From positions 95,108,001 to 95,172,000 of the forward strand of contig CM059434.1 of NCBI GenBank assembly GCA_030390025.1: a DNA stretch of 64,000 bases, given 5' to 3'. The stretch is from Squalus acanthias (Eukaryota). A program made the position numbers and the translations under genes. Shown piece by piece: positions 62,350 through 64,000 of this stretch (positions are counted from its first letter, which is position 1; each line of letters begins with the position of its first letter). Under the pieces are notes generated by a model. It saw only the letters and a program-made list of their open reading frames with translations. It made no database searches and was not told where the DNA came from.

Positions 62350-64000
62350 GGCTGCGATTTTGCTGGCGCTCAATGGACCCAATTGGTGACGGGTCAGCTG
62401 TGAAATTTAAAATGATTGACAGCGGGTCGGGAACCTGCTGTCAAAACGCACACACCTGCATTTCCCGATTATCGGGTCTGCCAGCACTGAGCAGGGGAAC
62501 CAATTCAAATCATTAGTGGTTTGTTTACAGCCACTTAACAATGCTTTTCCCCCCAGCTTTTTGAATTTGACAGGTCGCCCACTGGATTCCTGCTGTGCCT
62601 AGACCTCGTCTGTAAAACTGAGGCAGGAGGTCACTTGACATTGAATCAGCTGATGAGTTGACAGCTTCAAATGTCAAGTCAAAGCTCCCAGCTGATTGAG
62701 ACATGTTCCCTTAACCACTAGCTTCTCTTAACTGCATTTCCACTACAGATTCAGAATGCTGCAAGTCTTTACACAAGTCTCCATCCAGTCTGACCTCATT
62801 ACCTCTCCCACCATTGACAGATCACTTCTGTCATCTCTACTTCACCTGCCATCTATTCCATCAGCATGGGTGCACTTTATACTCTCTCACCTTGGACTTC
62901 AGAAGCTGACCACGATCAGCCGCAACACCAGCATCACCAGGCACACCAGCAGCACCAACAACCACACCAACCTTCTCCGCAATCACCTGATGCTGCACAG
63001 GACAGAGGGCATCAGCACCCGACCACATTGCTGCCCGGGACACTAGGGATGGCCTCGCCATGGCCAGATTTACTTCACTTGACGCTGCACACCCTGGCTG
63101 CCACATGATGCGCCAGGTTGGCACCACTGCACACCAACAACATAAAGCATCCCTACAATGCCCAAGCCATTCCTTTCACACTCATCAGCATTGCGGGGGG
63201 CTACCGTTATGTCTCACCATTCACTGCAACTCACTAAGCCACTTCCAAAGGTGCGCACAAATCTGTCCAAGAACGCAAAGAGTTGAAAATAAAGATTTCA
63301 GTGTTTGACAGCACATTAACAGAAACTTCACATGAACATTGGCTAAAACACACAAGTGCCTACCCTTGTGTGTTGTTAGTTGGTATGATTGGACTAGGAT
63401 GGGCGTGAGTGCGAGGGGTGCTAGTGAGATGGGGAAGTGATAACGTAGATATAGAGGGATGGGTGGATTTATAAGGTAAGTTGGTGTGAGTAAGGATGTG
63501 CAGGAGTAGGGTAGGGAAGGCAGAGTGATGGGGATGTGAAGAGTGGCACAGCAGGATGAGGTTGAGTGTGGCTTTGCAGTAACGTTTCGTGATCTACTGA
63601 GATCATTGAAAGGTTTGTGCCACTGCAGCCTGGTCCTCCTGATGACATCCCTGCTTGTGCCCTCCTGTGCAATGTGCAACCAGGCTGCATTGGTCTCCTC
63701 GGGAGGTCTCTTCCGCTCACTGGAAGGGAAGGGAACCTCCCTGCGTGCTGTAACTCCCTCCATAAGCATATGGAGGGAGTCATGGGAGAGCCTGGTGCAG
63801 CTATGCACCTCTGTGCAGTGCTTGTCAGTGTTTGCAGCACCTCAATGCTATAGAACGCTGACAACACAAATGTCAAAGTAAATTTGCGCAAGGTCCCTTT
63901 AAGGAAACCGGCTGATGACACGTCATCAAATGATGTCGTCAGACCCGCTTCCTTCAATTGGCCGGGAAACTCGCTGGGCGGGCTTAACAAGCCCAATTAG
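62350..64000. mobile_element. Decayed PIF/Harbinger-like transposon, running off the window end
   Basis: TIR-like start GGCTGCGATTTTGC where the CR1 homology stops, a Myb/SANT-like frame on the minus strand, and homology to 54942-55818. Confidence 0.7.
63590..63808 (-). pseudogene. Myb/SANT-like DNA-binding domain remnant (Harbinger accessory ORF)
   Basis: RLSHDSLHMLMEGVTARREVPFP...AAWLHIAQE...RRTRLQWHKPFNDL fits the RFS..L..L..V..R..LF...W..IA...RT..QC.K.FNDL pattern, with degenerate positions. Confidence 0.7.

Noticed and set aside
62866-63108. His/Gln-rich 80-aa ORF as a host gene
   Set aside because: It is inside the Harbinger-like element. It may be a decayed transposase 5' region, but no DDE motifs are visible, so it was not called.

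Overview
This is eukaryotic genomic DNA, not prokaryotic. The transposon families suggest a cartilaginous fish, though that assignment is an inference. The whole window is the interior of one + strand gel-forming mucin gene (MUC2/MUC5-like), with no start, stop, VWD or CK domain in view. Its Thr-rich PTS region is not one large exon. By my count it is split into 77 small phase-1/phase-1 exons (mostly 60 or 63 nt) plus 10 essentially identical 342-nt CysD (WxxW) exons, about 2,700 aa if all are spliced in. From 1 to about 50,800 the exons and their introns form near-identical tandem units: a 2.31 kb unit first, then CysD-bearing units of about 5.28 kb (L) and 4.02 kb (S) in the order L-S-L-L-S-S-L-S-S. 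These units carry co-amplified passengers: 10 copies of a 762-bp TIR element and 6 copies of a CR1 3' fragment. Beyond about 50.8 kb the units are diverged and interrupted by unique CR1-like LINEs, a SINE, hAT-like and Harbinger-like elements. Two palindromic Penelope-like insertions each carry a minimal hammerhead ribozyme motif. Most ORFs in the supplied track are spurious read-throughs of exons, introns or transposons. All exon calls are by eye from splice signals and frame; no transcript evidence was available.
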